Notes under the pieces: model-generated
Told to the model about the DNA's origin: nothing
The model's database searches: none
Seen by the model: the letters and a program-made list of their open reading frames with translations, nothing else
From: Sarea resinae
Taxonomy: Eukaryota
Direction: 5' to 3'
NCBI GenBank assembly: GCA_026026165.1
Contig: JAPEUD010000004.1
Location: 372,001-436,000 of the forward strand
DNA: 64,000 nucleotides
Made by a program: the position numbers and the translations under genes
Shown: one piece after another, positions 1-12,200 of the stretch
How positions within the stretch are numbered: position 1 is the stretch's first letter
Layout: each line of letters starts with the position of its first letter

Positions 1-90
1 GGTGTTACGCAGCAATGGCAGGGCGAAGAAATCACCGAAGAGGATCTGATGGAGAGACTCGAGCCCTACATGCGCCCTGAGCTCAAGTGA
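1..90 (+). CDS. 3' end of a protein-coding gene running in from the left edge, product unknown
   Basis: Frame 1 is open with coding-like codons, GVTQQWQGEEITEEDLMERLEPYMRPELK, ending at TGA 88-90 and followed by AT-richer UTR-like sequence. Confidence 0.55.
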   Translation, partial: GVTQQWQGEEITEEDLMERLEPYMRPELK

Positions 91-1165
91 GCGTGGAGAT
101 ATAGTTCCAAAGGCGGGATGTGGTTGCAAGCAATGATTGATTGAATGCCGGGATGAAATTGGGTCTATAGTCTCATTGCATTGAAATTGGAGTATTTGAT
201 TTTTGAAATGAGACTGCCACTTCCTGCTTGCCCCTGTAACTCAACTCTTGGTCTGCGGTGAATCCGATGTTGTTTGAAGGTTTCCTTTTGCTAGAGGTCC
301 TTGATTTCGTAAGCCCAATCTCTTCTGGCCCTCTCCAACGAACGGGCAGGTGGCTCTTCAATCTAGACTCGTCGCCACTCTAACTCCCTATGCCTTATCA
401 AGCCGCTGTGGTGCCAGTGAGGCCTCTTCCACCCTAAAAGCGGAGTCTGAAACAAGTAGCAGCGAATGGGGATATTGACTGCAGTGTTCCCTTTGATACA
501 GGGTATTGAGATGGGGGAGCAAAGGCTACAGTATCAAGATAGACGGTAGAAGGCTATGGCAGTAAGGGGTCAAACATCCCACATAGCGATGCTGCTCCAC
601 TAGGACTCAGCGTTCAGTGTACGTACAAACTCAGTGCCTACTAGCAATGATCATCAGTATCAACTCGCATCGCCATATAGGCACCGGTGACGCGCGGTGT
701 TGATATTGATAGCTTAGTCATTCGTGGCAACCCGACCTCCTCTACCATCAGATATCCAGGAGGAGGCCTGGCATTACACCTATGCGTATATTATCTGATT
801 CTTCTCTTACTGTAGTAGTAAAGTGGTCGATGAGTCAGATCCTCTACGGAGCGGAATCTATCCTCTAGTCGGCTAGTATCATACGTCTTACATCGCCTTA
901 TGGTGAGATGACGTCGAAAATGGATCGAATTGGATAGGACTCTACTGCGTCGTATGCCTTTTCATTCTGTTTGAGCTGAAAGGAAGAAAACCATAACAAC
1001 TGCTACCGTACGATGCGTACCTCACCATCGACGCCATTTAAATCTGTAGCAAGCAAATCTACACACTCGACTCCTTTTTGAAGCAATCTCTCATTGACCC
1101 TTAGTACCTTATCTTCCCCAACTCTGAATACCTTAGCCCTAGCCTTCTCCGCGCCCGATTTCCGA

Positions 1166-1639
1166 ATGGCAGACCTCAAGCCGCCCTTCGATCCGGCGAC
1201 CGCGCACCGCAAAGTCAAAGCCGCGCAGGTCCTCTGGAACACGCGCGACCCCGCTCGCATCGCCGCCGCCTACACGCCGGACTGCGTCTGGCGCAACCGA
1301 TCGACGTTCCTGCAGGGACATGCCGAGATCATTGATTTCCTGACCCGGAAATTCGCACGGGAGCAGGGCTATCGTTTGCAGAAGAAACTGTTCGCCGCCG
1401 ACGGGGCGAAGATTGCCGTCGAGTTCTGGTACGAGTTCATGGATGCGGAGGATGGCGGGGTGTGGAAGAGGTGCTATGGCATTGAGCATTGGACGTTTGA
1501 TGAGCGGGGGAAGATGGAGAGGAGGGTCATGAGTGGCAATGATCTGCCGGTTGCGGGCGGCGAGCCGGGCAGGTGGTTTACAGATGAGAAGGGCGGCGTG
1601 GAGGCCGAGGTCGAGGTGGGGGATTGGCAGGGCTTGTGA
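1166..1639 (+). CDS. DUF1348 family protein (NTF2/SnoaL-like fold), intronless
   Basis: ATG at 1166 (MADLKPPF). Family motifs: KVKAAQxxWNTRDP, AYTPDCVWRNR, FLTRKFAREQGYRL, IAVEFWYE, RCYGIEHWTF. Confidence 0.88.
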   Translation: MADLKPPFDPATAHRKVKAAQVLWNTRDPARIAAAYTPDCVWRNRSTFLQGHAEIIDFLTRKFAREQGYRLQKKLFAADGAKIAVEFWYEFMDAEDGGVWKRCYGIEHWTFDERGKMERRVMSGNDLPVAGGEPGRWFTDEKGGVEAEVEVGDWQGL

Positions 1640-3542
1640 ATCTGTGCTGAGCATGACATATTTGATAGGCTTTGAGCATACTAAGTTTCTGACGTGATTC
1701 AATACTACGAATGTTCCATGAACGGTTGCTCGACAAGATGAAATGGAGCGTCTTGCAAGAACAGGACGGAGACATTATTGAGTAAGGTAGGTAGGTACTA
1801 AAGCTAAGGTGGGTAGGTGGCGGGGTCCAGACTCTGACAGCTGGAAGCTGGAGCTACCTTACTCTGTACGAAGCGAGTACGAACCCTCCTGATCGAACCG
1901 AACAAAGGCACCTTGGCTTAGAAGAGAGAGTGTCTTGCTGTTCCTGTTGCAGTCTCGAATTGTTTTCGACTATGCGATCAGAATAGACCTCCCTTGAAGT
2001 TGAATAGCAAAAACGAAGTGGAGCTACAGGCCCTGTGGCATTCCATCTGGCACGGTAAGACATCAGGAAGGGAACTTGGAGGCGCCTACAGTACGAACGA
2101 CGGACGCAGTATGGTGGCGCCATCCTGTCTCTGACTGTCGAGACGGTCCAGTAGGAGGGTGAGGACTCAGAGCCAAGACGGAGCCGGCAGTAGTGGAGGC
2201 TTACCATGAGTACGGAGTACGAATTACTCTCGAGTGAGACCGAGTGGCCTGGTGGCCTCGTTGGATCTCCTGCTGACGGACCGAGCACCCTGAGGTTTTC
2301 TGCACCGCATACGCCTCTCGTTCAGCATTTCCTGGCTGTGGATGCTCGTTGATCTGCTTCACTCTCGTACGTGCATCTCTCTGTTCTTGCTCTTCTCTCC
2401 CGAGCCTGTCGACGAAGCACTCTGCTTCCCCTACGGTAACCTTCCCTGAGGTAAGTCGACGAGCTTCAGGTTAGTACTAATGGAAATCACTTAGCGGATG
2501 AGATCCCGACCGGACTAGATGCGTTGCCAATACCTTACCATCGGTACTTCCGCCATGCGCTGTTGTCGTGTCGCCGGGCAGGTACCGCGATACGGGCAGC
2601 TAGACCGAGAGGGCAACTGGACCTGGCCAGGACGCCAAAGCTAGCATCGGCCCGTTGCCTCGTTCGGTCCTGGACGGGCGATTGACGACTGATGGCGGGC
2701 ATACACCGTACACAGTACTCTACGCTCATCCATCCCGTCTCTTGCTGTTTCCCATCAATGCCGTGACGTGAATGTCTGTAGATGGTAGTGGACGTGGTCT
2801 TCCTCTGCGTCGATTTTGGCATCGCAAAGGTCATGGTCAACACCTATTTCTCTGATACAGTATCTCCCCATCGCGCCCTAGAGGTATCGGCTTCTTATTG
2901 TCGGCTTGCTACTATTCTTATTCCTTCGTCGCCTGTAACCTACCTACATCATCCATCGCCAGTGTTCCCCTCTACCTTTCCCTCTGCCTTGTTTGATGAC
3001 CCGCGACGTGTACTTGGTACTTCCCTCTTCCCACTTCCAATCCCGCTTCACTTCCGTCTCTGGCTCACTTAGAGATTCTTGGACCTGGACCACGCCGGGC
3101 CAAGCCGCGACTGTCGACGCTTCACGCCCTTCTTGTTTTCGGTTCCTCTTTGCATCATTCTTTCACATCTTTTGCTGAGTCTGTCCATTCGATGCCGTAG
3201 ACCATGTGTCTTCCACTCGCTCCATCCGGCCTTCCTTGTCATCTCATGGTGAGCGGTCAGACTTGTTGTCACCTGGCCTAGAACATTTCGCGATTGGGTG
3301 TACGGGCGACGACCCAGAGGCCAACGCTTTGGCGCTCCTGTCACCGTCATCGATTTCCTATCGCCTCCAGAGCAAGGCCAGTGCTCGAGACAGCTGAAGG
3401 AGAGCTGCCCCAAATTCTCGCCAGTGCTCCGGGAGTGTTCTTTCGTGTAAGAGGAGGTCAGAACTGGTTCACCTCAAATATCGTGTCGCCCGTCCCTTGA
3501 GGCAGGACGAAGATTCAGGCTCGGCAAGCTTCGAATCACTGG

Positions 3543-6500
3543 ATGCCAATCGCACCCATCATGGCTCGAAAGACACCGTTCTGGTCTTGGTCGGTATGCG
3601 TCCTGCTACTGTCGATCTCCTCACTGTTCCATGTGGTGGTGGCAGAAAAGGAACAAACACAATGGATTCAGTCTACAAACAGCGCCGGCGAAACAGTATA
3701 CCTCAAGAATACACGAAAACCTTCGCTGTACACTCAGAACTTTGGAGACTGTCTGGGAAGCAGCGTGGTGAATGTCACTCGGTTCGATGCAGCATACTAC
3801 AAGGATAATATGACGGTGCTGTTCCATTTGCAAGGCAATACCCAAGTTCGGAACGAGTCCTTGATGAGTCCGTTTGATCCATTTCATCACTTTGTCAGGC
3901 TGTCATGCTGATATGATTGGCAGTGTACATTGGCGTTTACGCATATGGCGAGAGTCGATTTGATCTCACATTCAATCCGTGCAGTGCCAACATCGCAAGG
4001 TATTGCCTACTGTTCACACATTTCTTACGACAGAATGTACAGGCTGACCGGTGCTAAACCAGTCTCTGTCCTATGAACCGCAGCGTTCCCATCGAAGCAA
4101 ATGGCATCATCCCAGTCGCTCAGTCTGATGTTGCTGGGATTCCAGGTCAGTCGTTGGTGAAAGGTGTAGCCTGGCATATGAGCTAATAGTCTTAGCAATT
4201 GCGCTCACCATTCCTGACTTTGAGGGAGAGGCTATTCTACGGATCTTCGCCAACTCTACCCAATCCGAGATTGGATGTTATTCGGCCCTGGTGACCAACG
4301 GAGCTACGTTCTCGCATCCATCTGCTGTAGGAACAAGTATCGGAGTCTTCGTCCTCATCGCTGTCCTGGCTTCGTTCGCAACCGCCATCTACGGAGATAA
4401 TGTGCCAACGATGAGGACTCATTATGCACATTCCTTGTCTGTTTTCGTCATATTCTCCGTGCTTCAGCATATCTTCTTTACCGGAGCGCTCTCCATGAAT
4501 TGGCCTAGTGTATTGACAGCGTGGTGGAGCAACTTTGCGTGGGCTGGCGGCATGATATACAGTCGCTCGATGCAAAATTCGATCAATCACTTGATAGGGT
4601 CAAATTCCGGTAACACGACTTCAGTCGGAGCCGCCAGCTCCGGAAGTAACAACCCTTCCCTTGGAGGCGGCTACAACCTCCATCAAATTTACCAAAGATC
4701 TGTCCTTAACGTCTTTCGTCGGGACATCAGATTTGATCTTCATGATATCCTCAAGTCCAACCGGATGGAGCACGCCATAGCCAAGAGAGACCTCGCAAAC
4801 GTCACAGAAGGCTATAGGTGGTACGGATATCCAGTCAAGCCAGGGCTTCCGCTACCCGGTAATTACTCGGGCTTTGCCGGAACACTGTCGCCAGAGGGCA
4901 TACCTGCCTCTAATGCTTTCATGACCGGCTTTCTCTGGTACCTCATTCTGGTCGTGTGTGTCGCAGCCGCTGTGATTGCTTTCAAATGGTTTCTCGAAGG
5001 ACTCGGCGCCATGAAAGCCATCAAGAATGATAGGCTAGCCTTTTTTAGGGCCCACTGGCTACGATACACCCTGGCCACTGTCCTCCGAACGATGTTCATT
5101 GGATTTTTCATGATCATTCTCCTTGCTCTGTTCCAATTTACGTACCAGGGATCCGGTGGCGTGACCGCGATAGCAGCTATTATCTTCATTCTCATGTTTG
5201 CTGGAACCTTCTCCTTAGCTGCCTATGCTTGCTACTATCGAATCCGTACCGGACGATTGTACCTCGAACATGATCGGATGTACTTCGAGAGGGCAAAGAT
5301 ACTCAAATTTCTGCCGTGGTACAAGATTACATTGGAGAGCCAAAAAGACGAGAAGTTTGAAGAGAAGGACTTTGCTGGATCGCTTCCTTTGAAGAGAATC
5401 TCTTATGTCTATGTGGATGCTCACCGGCCTACGGTTCACGAAGATATTGACTATATCACCAAATTCGGCTGGCTCGCAGCACGGTTCAGGCGGACACGGT
5501 GGTGGACATTTGCACTCTGGCTGGTTTACGAGTTTGTCAGGGCTTGCTTCTATGGAGGAGCGGCTGGACATCCGATGGTCCAAGTGTTTGGAATACTCGT
5601 TGTAGAAATCATCGCCCTGGCCGTCATATTTGCTCTGAAACCGTTCGAGGGTGCACGACTCAATGCCCTGATGGTCTACCTGCTCGGCTTCAGCAAAGTG
5701 GCGAGCGTAGCGTTATCGGCCGCGTTCGACGCGAGATTTAATTTGGGCCGCATCATCACGACTGTTCTTGGGATTGTCATTATCGTCATTCAAGGCATAC
5801 TGACTATCGTCATGCTAATCGCCATAGTGGTCGGCGTTATCTCCACGTACTTGTCTATTACTCGAAATCGGGAAGAATTCAAACCACGAAGCTGGACACC
5901 CTTACGAGAAAAATACCTTCGCCATCTCGACAAAACCGCCGTAGATTTGCCGCCACCTCCTCCTCCGTTACCAGAGGAGCCAAAAGAGCCTTATTTCAGC
6001 GTGACGACTGTCCGTCGATACCCCAAAATCGAAGACGAGGATATTGAAGGGTTCCCTCCTGCCGAAGTGGGAAGCGCCGTTGCCCTGGTTCAGCCACCAG
6101 CTATGTCTCGACACAACGTTCGCATGAGCAGAGCCAACAGTACGCAGAGTCGTGTGTCATACACGTCGTTGCCATATGGAGCACGAGCGCACCGAGCAAG
6201 CTGGAGCTCGAGTAACTTCAACAGCTGGCATGAGAATGGACAACAGCGGTTTGATTCCGTGAGATTTAGCAGTGCCGGGAACTCGGTGCAGCAGCCGTTG
6301 ATGTCAAGAAGCGCGGATGATGACGCCACGGATGGTCGACCGGGGCCATCAGTATTGAGGCCTCAGTCGCGGGTCGAGGTCTTGAGGGATCAGTCGCGTG
6401 TCGAGGCATCGTCATCGGCCGGAAGGGGTAGCAGGTTCTCGGAGCATCTAGTTTCTCCCTCGGCAGCTTCTGAGGGGTGTTCGGGTTCTGGCATAACGGC

Positions 6501-6669
6501 TTTGATTCCGGAAGAGTCCTCGGCAAATACAGAAGCTGAAGCTCAGTCTACAGGGAACGTGGAGATGAAGGCTCCTCAGGCCGTGAAGGAGACTTCGGAC
6601 GAACAGAATGCGGCAGAGGCTGACTCTAGCACTAATCCTCAGCGAGAGAGCGACAGACCGATTGTCTAG
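3543..6669 (+). CDS. TRP-like ion channel / flavin carrier (FLC/Pkd2 family) with N-terminal ML-like domain
   Basis: Exons 3543(or 3561)-3867, 3924-3999, 4063-4145 and 4196-6669 join in frame through GT-AG introns. Signal peptide, then an ML-like domain (VYAYGESRFDLTFNPC, SLCP, IPDFEG), LQHIFFTGALSMNWP..WWSNFAW, multiple TM helices, and a low-complexity C-terminal tail. Confidence 0.9.
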
Positions 6670-7729
6670 AGACTAAGCCTTCAGCGGCGACCAAGTAGAG
6701 CCCGGTTTCTCTACCAACTCTAGGTTGGGGACTGAACGATAACGCCAGCGACGAAAGTCACGATACATAGTTTTTCCTTGTTCGTATTGCATCTATGGCA
6801 TTTGCATCTGCATCGGCTAGGTTAGGAAGGCGGGAGTTTTGGGAACCGACCATCATTGGCCGTGCTTTCATATTTTCGTGTATATCTTTTTTTTTCTTCT
6901 TTTCCGCAGGCGTCGGTGCATGTCAGGGGCTGGAGAAGTCGAGACAGGAGACGACGAAGCGGTATGAGGGTCGGAGAATGGAACAGACAATCGTCATATC
7001 TCCTCTACGTCTACATCCAATCTCCTTCTGTTGATCGCATGGATGGTGCTCGGGTGCTGGGTGCTTGGGCTGAAGCGTGAACTTTTATGGGTGGTCGAAT
7101 AATCTTAGATTTCGCTTGCTCGCATGTTGCGGCCGCCGACGAGGCAAACACTCTCACAACCCTGGTCATATAGCGCGTCCTGCTGTGGTGTGAAAGCAAT
7201 TCCAGAACTGATGGCTCTTTGGTTTGTGATGAGAATCTGCGTTGTATGGTTCATATGCACGTCTGTTCGATCAATCTTCTCCCCCCTTGTTTCCCCCTCG
7301 GTCGGCGTAATGTGGACGTTTCACCCTTTCTTTGCCAAAATGGCCCGCGTGTGGAGCAACGGGGACACAACAACACTAGCTATTCACATCACACTCCACT
7401 CCAAGCAGAGAGGGGCTTTCGCTGCATATACCTTACCTTGGAGTAGTCCCTAGTCCTCGGTCCTCCCACCTAGATTAGATCACATTAGAATATCTCCATC
7501 TACCTATCTATCTACCTACCTATCTATCTAGCAGGTCGTCCTTCCTTCCTCGATTTCGATGGCCCCCGAGGAAATGTCTGTCCATGTTGTGTGTATCAAA
7601 GAACACAACACAGAAGCATACTACTTGGGATTCTCCCTAATCCCTCCTGGTTTGGGTGTCTCCTCCTTGTCCTTGTCTCTGATTCATCCTCCTTTCCCTG
7701 TTCCTTTTCCTTTTCCTTTTCTTCTTCTT

Positions 7730-8500
7730 CTCTCTCTCTCTCTCTCTCTCTCTTAGTTCTCTCTTCTCTTAGTTTTTACTTTTCTCTTAGTTTTTACTTT
7801 TCTCTCTTTTTACATTCTCTCTTGCTTTTATGTATAGATTTTCAGGTTCCTAGACGAAGTTGACTCTGTAAATATAAGGGTCTGTTTCTTCTCTAGATAT
7901 ATAGGTTATAGAGAGAGAAGAGAGTAAGAGAGAGAGAAGAGAATAACTATAAGGAGCACTATACTACGTTACACTACACTATATATGAAACAAATAGTTC
8001 TACCTTCCTACCTACCTACCTTAAGCACCCAAGGTACCTACTCCAGAGTACTAGAGTAGATAACACACTAGAGTTAGATAGTACGTCTTTTCTCCTTCTT
8101 AGATATATATAGAGAATATAGGTTCCCTTGTTTACCTGTTAGTTAGTTGGTAGACCTTGTTATAATAATAATGATAATCGTGACAAGGATCAGACCTCAT
8201 CATCAATGTTAATATCTGATGTTAATATTTCCGTTTACATTGAATTGTTGCTGGTGTCTTTTGCTTTATAGGCTGTGGCTACAACCGGTGGGCTAGACTA
8301 CTAACTACTCTATATACCTAGCTAGAACTACTATAGGTCTGTAACTAGGTAGAGAGTGTGTCCCTCACGACTTAGTGATAGAGGAGAGAGTGTGAAGGGG
8401 AGCATGGAGTGTGTATTTAAACTGTTGCTTGTACGGTTTTCGTTTTTTTTGAAGGTGGCCGGCTTACTCTAGAGTACTGTAGTCTACTCTAGGTCTGTGA
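7730..8500. repeat. AT-rich, TpA-rich low-complexity tract with a RIP-like signature
   Basis: Abundant TAG/CTA/TATA and few CpA/TpG, plus (CT)n and purine runs. No recognisable transposon ORF. Confidence 0.5.
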
Positions 8501-8989
8501 TTGTGTTGCCTCGATTGAGTGATACGAGTTTCGATAACACAAGAGGAAGAAAGAGTAAGAGAGCGCTCGCTGTCAGCCAGCTAGCCAGCTGCCTACCTTA
8601 CCTTAGCTTACCTACAGAGCCAAAAAAAGCCCAGCAGACACCTACCTTACCTACCCAAGGTCCCTTAGGTATGCAAGACGACGTGAGGACGTCGAGCAAA
8701 CAAAAACACCAAACACCAAACACCAAAGACTGAAACCCCTCAGTCAACCGAGCCAGCCAGCCAGCCAGCCAGCATCGAGGGCGGAGAAGAAAAAGCAGCA
8801 GCAGCGGCGGCGGCGGCGGCGGCGCTCGCTCGGAGAGAGAGACAGACAAAGATGAAACCGACGCGGGCGTAAAGGAGCGCTATTCCAAACATGCGGCCGG
8901 CGACGGCGACGTCTCGAACATGTACTATGTATGTGCGCGGTAGAGTATGAAGTAGAGAGAGATCGTTTGGAATGGAAGGAAGGGGAGGC

Positions 8990-9015
8990 GGGGGGGGGGG
9001 GGGGGGGGGGGGGGG
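8990..9015 (+). repeat. Poly-G homopolymer (26 G)
   Basis: Read directly from the sequence. Confidence 0.9.
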
Positions 9016-9172
9016 CAATCAGGCCAATGATAACGTGGTCATCACCGCAGGGATCAGCGCGCTGGTAAGGTGACGTCAAGAGGCGCGCGCGAGCGAGAGC
9101 GAGAGCGAAAGCGAAAGCGAAAGGCCAGGAGAGAGACAGGGAGAGGGGAGAGAGGAAGAGGGTCCGCCCAAA

Positions 9173-9230
9173 GAAGAAGAAGAAGAAGAAGAAGAAGAAG
9201 AAGAAGAAGAAGAAGAAGAAGAAGAAGAAG
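9173..9230 (+). repeat. (GAA)n microsatellite, about 19 units
   Basis: Read directly from the sequence. Confidence 0.9.
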
Positions 9231-12200
9231 ATAATTGCGGCCCGCTACAGTACCTTACATTGTACCAAAGGTACGACACTACGAGTACGCAGTTGGGAGA
9301 AAAGGGAAAGAAAAGAGAATGGGAGATGGGCTGCGTGCGGCTCGCCAGGGAACCAGAGCCTCCACCGTGCAGAAAATCATCCGATCCACCAGGATCATCC
9401 ACTCTAGTGATCGACACCTCGCCGACGCCGACGACGATGATGCTCCTCTCTCTCTCTCTCTCTCTCTCTCTGTCTTGAGACGGGCAAGGCAGGCAGCCTG
9501 GCCCGGGGGCCTGGGCACTTGCTTTTTTGGCAAAGTATATCGTGCCCGGACGGGGCGGCCTTGGCCGGATGCGGACGACGTGCTCGCGCACTTGGCCCGA
9601 ACCGGCCACGCTCGACGGAGATTGGGGCATCTTCTTTCATGCGTCTGGGCGACGCCATGCCGTCGACGACGAGCGAGCGATCATCGTCCAACGGTGAAAG
9701 CCGTCGGTCGGGATGTGGGTGGGTGTGGGGCAGGAGGAGGAACGAGGGCGGTGCTGGTGCGGTTTTCCTTCGGCACCGAAAGGGGGGGGAGGGACGGGGG
9801 GGTGATTTGGTTACGGAATTTCAAGACGGTTGGCCGGAGTTGGTGGGTAGGTAGGTGGGTTGGTGGGTGAATCTGGCAGGCAGGCAGGCAGGCAGGCAGG
9901 CTCGCTGGCCGGCCACTTAGGCCGGATGATCTGCAACAGGAAAACACAGAATCACCAATAGCAGGCGCGCACACGCGAGATGGACAGCCACGATCGATGG
10001 TCTGCCGTCAGGGTAGCGCCTGAAATGATGAGCGGACAGGGAATCAGGGGTCCAGGGGGGTTCAAAGAAGGGGAGGGGGCCGAGGGGGCAAGGGGTGCCA
10101 GTGCCCACGGAAATTGGGGAGCCAACAAGCGCTGCCTTCGTTCACTCGCGTTAGGTTAGTTGATCCCACGCCGGCCACCAACGCCAGATACAAGATACCT
10201 ACTACGAGTAGCAGCAGATGCTGTCCTCGATCCCTTTCTAGAGAAAGCGAAGAATGGCCTGATTCCACGAAAATAGGAAAGTCGCTAAACAGGGGCCCAG
10301 CGGCGGGTCGGCCACGTTACGGACACGCCCACCGATCATCGTTGGAGATCGGCATCCAACCCCCAGGTCAGCGCCAGTGCAAAGGTACCGCTCGCGCCGC
10401 AAAGCCGAGCGACGGTACCTACAGGGAAGATACGTGCGCAAGCCGACCAAGGCCATGACACGCTGGATTATATACTGCTACGTGATTGACATGATATACA
10501 GTGATGGATGGATGGATGTGTGTATGTGTGTGTGTGTGTGTGTGTGCGCGCGCAGTCATTCCGTATCCATCGTACGTACAAAGTCCCGCCCATCAGAGCG
10601 CCAGGGCCTCTCCACGCATTACCTATTGGTATGTATGTGGCATCTCTCGTCGCTCGGACTCACTTCGTGCAAATTTTCGACTTTCTTGCCTCACACCTCA
10701 CACCCTCCACTCTCTGCCTCCCTGTCCCGATCGGGGCTGACTCCGGCAGCGTCGTGGATGCCGAGGTCTACCGTCTGCTACGGAGAGATTTCATCCTTCG
10801 ACGTGTGGAGGGGCAGGGGGGAGAAACACGGCGCCGTCGTAGTCGTAGATGGTGGATGCGCCAGCGGGCATCCGACACTCGATTCAGCTCGTCTGAGGGG
10901 ACCACAGGGACCACACCTCATTCGATAAAGCTTCTAGGTCCCCAGCCCAAGTGACTGCAATAATGATGATCTGCAGTTGTCGTCCCACGATGATGCACTG
11001 TGTCGACCGCCAGCCGCTACGCCCCTGATCCCTGCGGGAAATCCCTGAAGCATTGATCGGGTCGTCTCCCGCCTCCATCATCATGTACTCGGTATCATGT
11101 GGAATGGGTGAAGTGGACGAGATACGACAGGACCACAGCAACAGCAGCAGCAACACCGTGTACAGATACGGAGGACCCTCAAACATCGCCAACCGCACGC
11201 AATCGCCTTCCGTATGCAAAGTTCCCAGAACCTTGGTAGCTGCGACGATTGGCGGCTGGCGAGTTTGCAGAGGGTCTCTGCGCAGATTAACCAGGCGGGT
11301 GCTGCCATCGACTCGACAGCATGATCTTTCCGAACTCCGTGGAACCCTAAGCCCAGCACTGTCGGACTCGACTCGACTCGAGTCACGCCCGACTGTCAAT
11401 AACGAGTGACGCCGGCTCGCCCACATCACCGGGAAAGCGGTGTAACACTGCCCAGAACGGCTTCCTGCATACAGATGTACCATGTCTATTTGACCCATTG
11501 GTAAGCCGCGGTCGACATGTCCTCCCCGCTAGGGTAACGAAGAAGAGGATTGGCGATGTGATGAATGAGAATGATGGAGCTTCCAGACTCCCCAGTGCAG
11601 TGCAAAGTGCACGCACTGAACCTCTTTTGCCTGTACATTGACGGTGTGAGAATCATGGAGTAGAGCTCATCCCATGGACATCATCATCCAGAGCAGAGAC
11701 GGTAGTGAAGATTCCAGACGTCGGTACCTATCGCTGGTCCTGCCTCTCTCAGCGAGGATCGATCGACTCCTTTGAGTTTCATGATCTTGAACGTTACCAT
11801 GTCGCGACGCTGCTGATCCTCTGAGGCAAGGCGTTGTGTAGGGGCCGAGTACTACCTACCTTACCCAGAGTACTCTACCTCAAGCATCCATGATCGCATC
11901 GGAAGTGGTACGAAAAGGGCAACCAGTTGACTACCAGTGGCGCGGCACTTCCACCGAAGCACGAGAGTGTCTGCCGATCACAGCTGGAGGCATCCATGAC
12001 GATCTCCCACCACAATGGGTTCCTCTACCCCGAGCAGCTTCGATTTGGCGACATGAGCTACTTCAGTAGGCAGTACTCGAGTACGGTACGTGCTAAGGAA
12101 ATGCAATGCATGTGGGGGCGAGGCACGGGGGGGATCAGGGCATGGACGGTACATGTACCGTCCTGTACGAGTAGAAGAGGAAATCCTCTGCGGCGCACGA

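Noticed and set aside
1166..1639. Recent bacterial horizontal transfer of the intronless DUF1348 gene
   Set aside because: The family is common in filamentous fungi, and lacking introns in a short gene is not evidence without a phylogeny.
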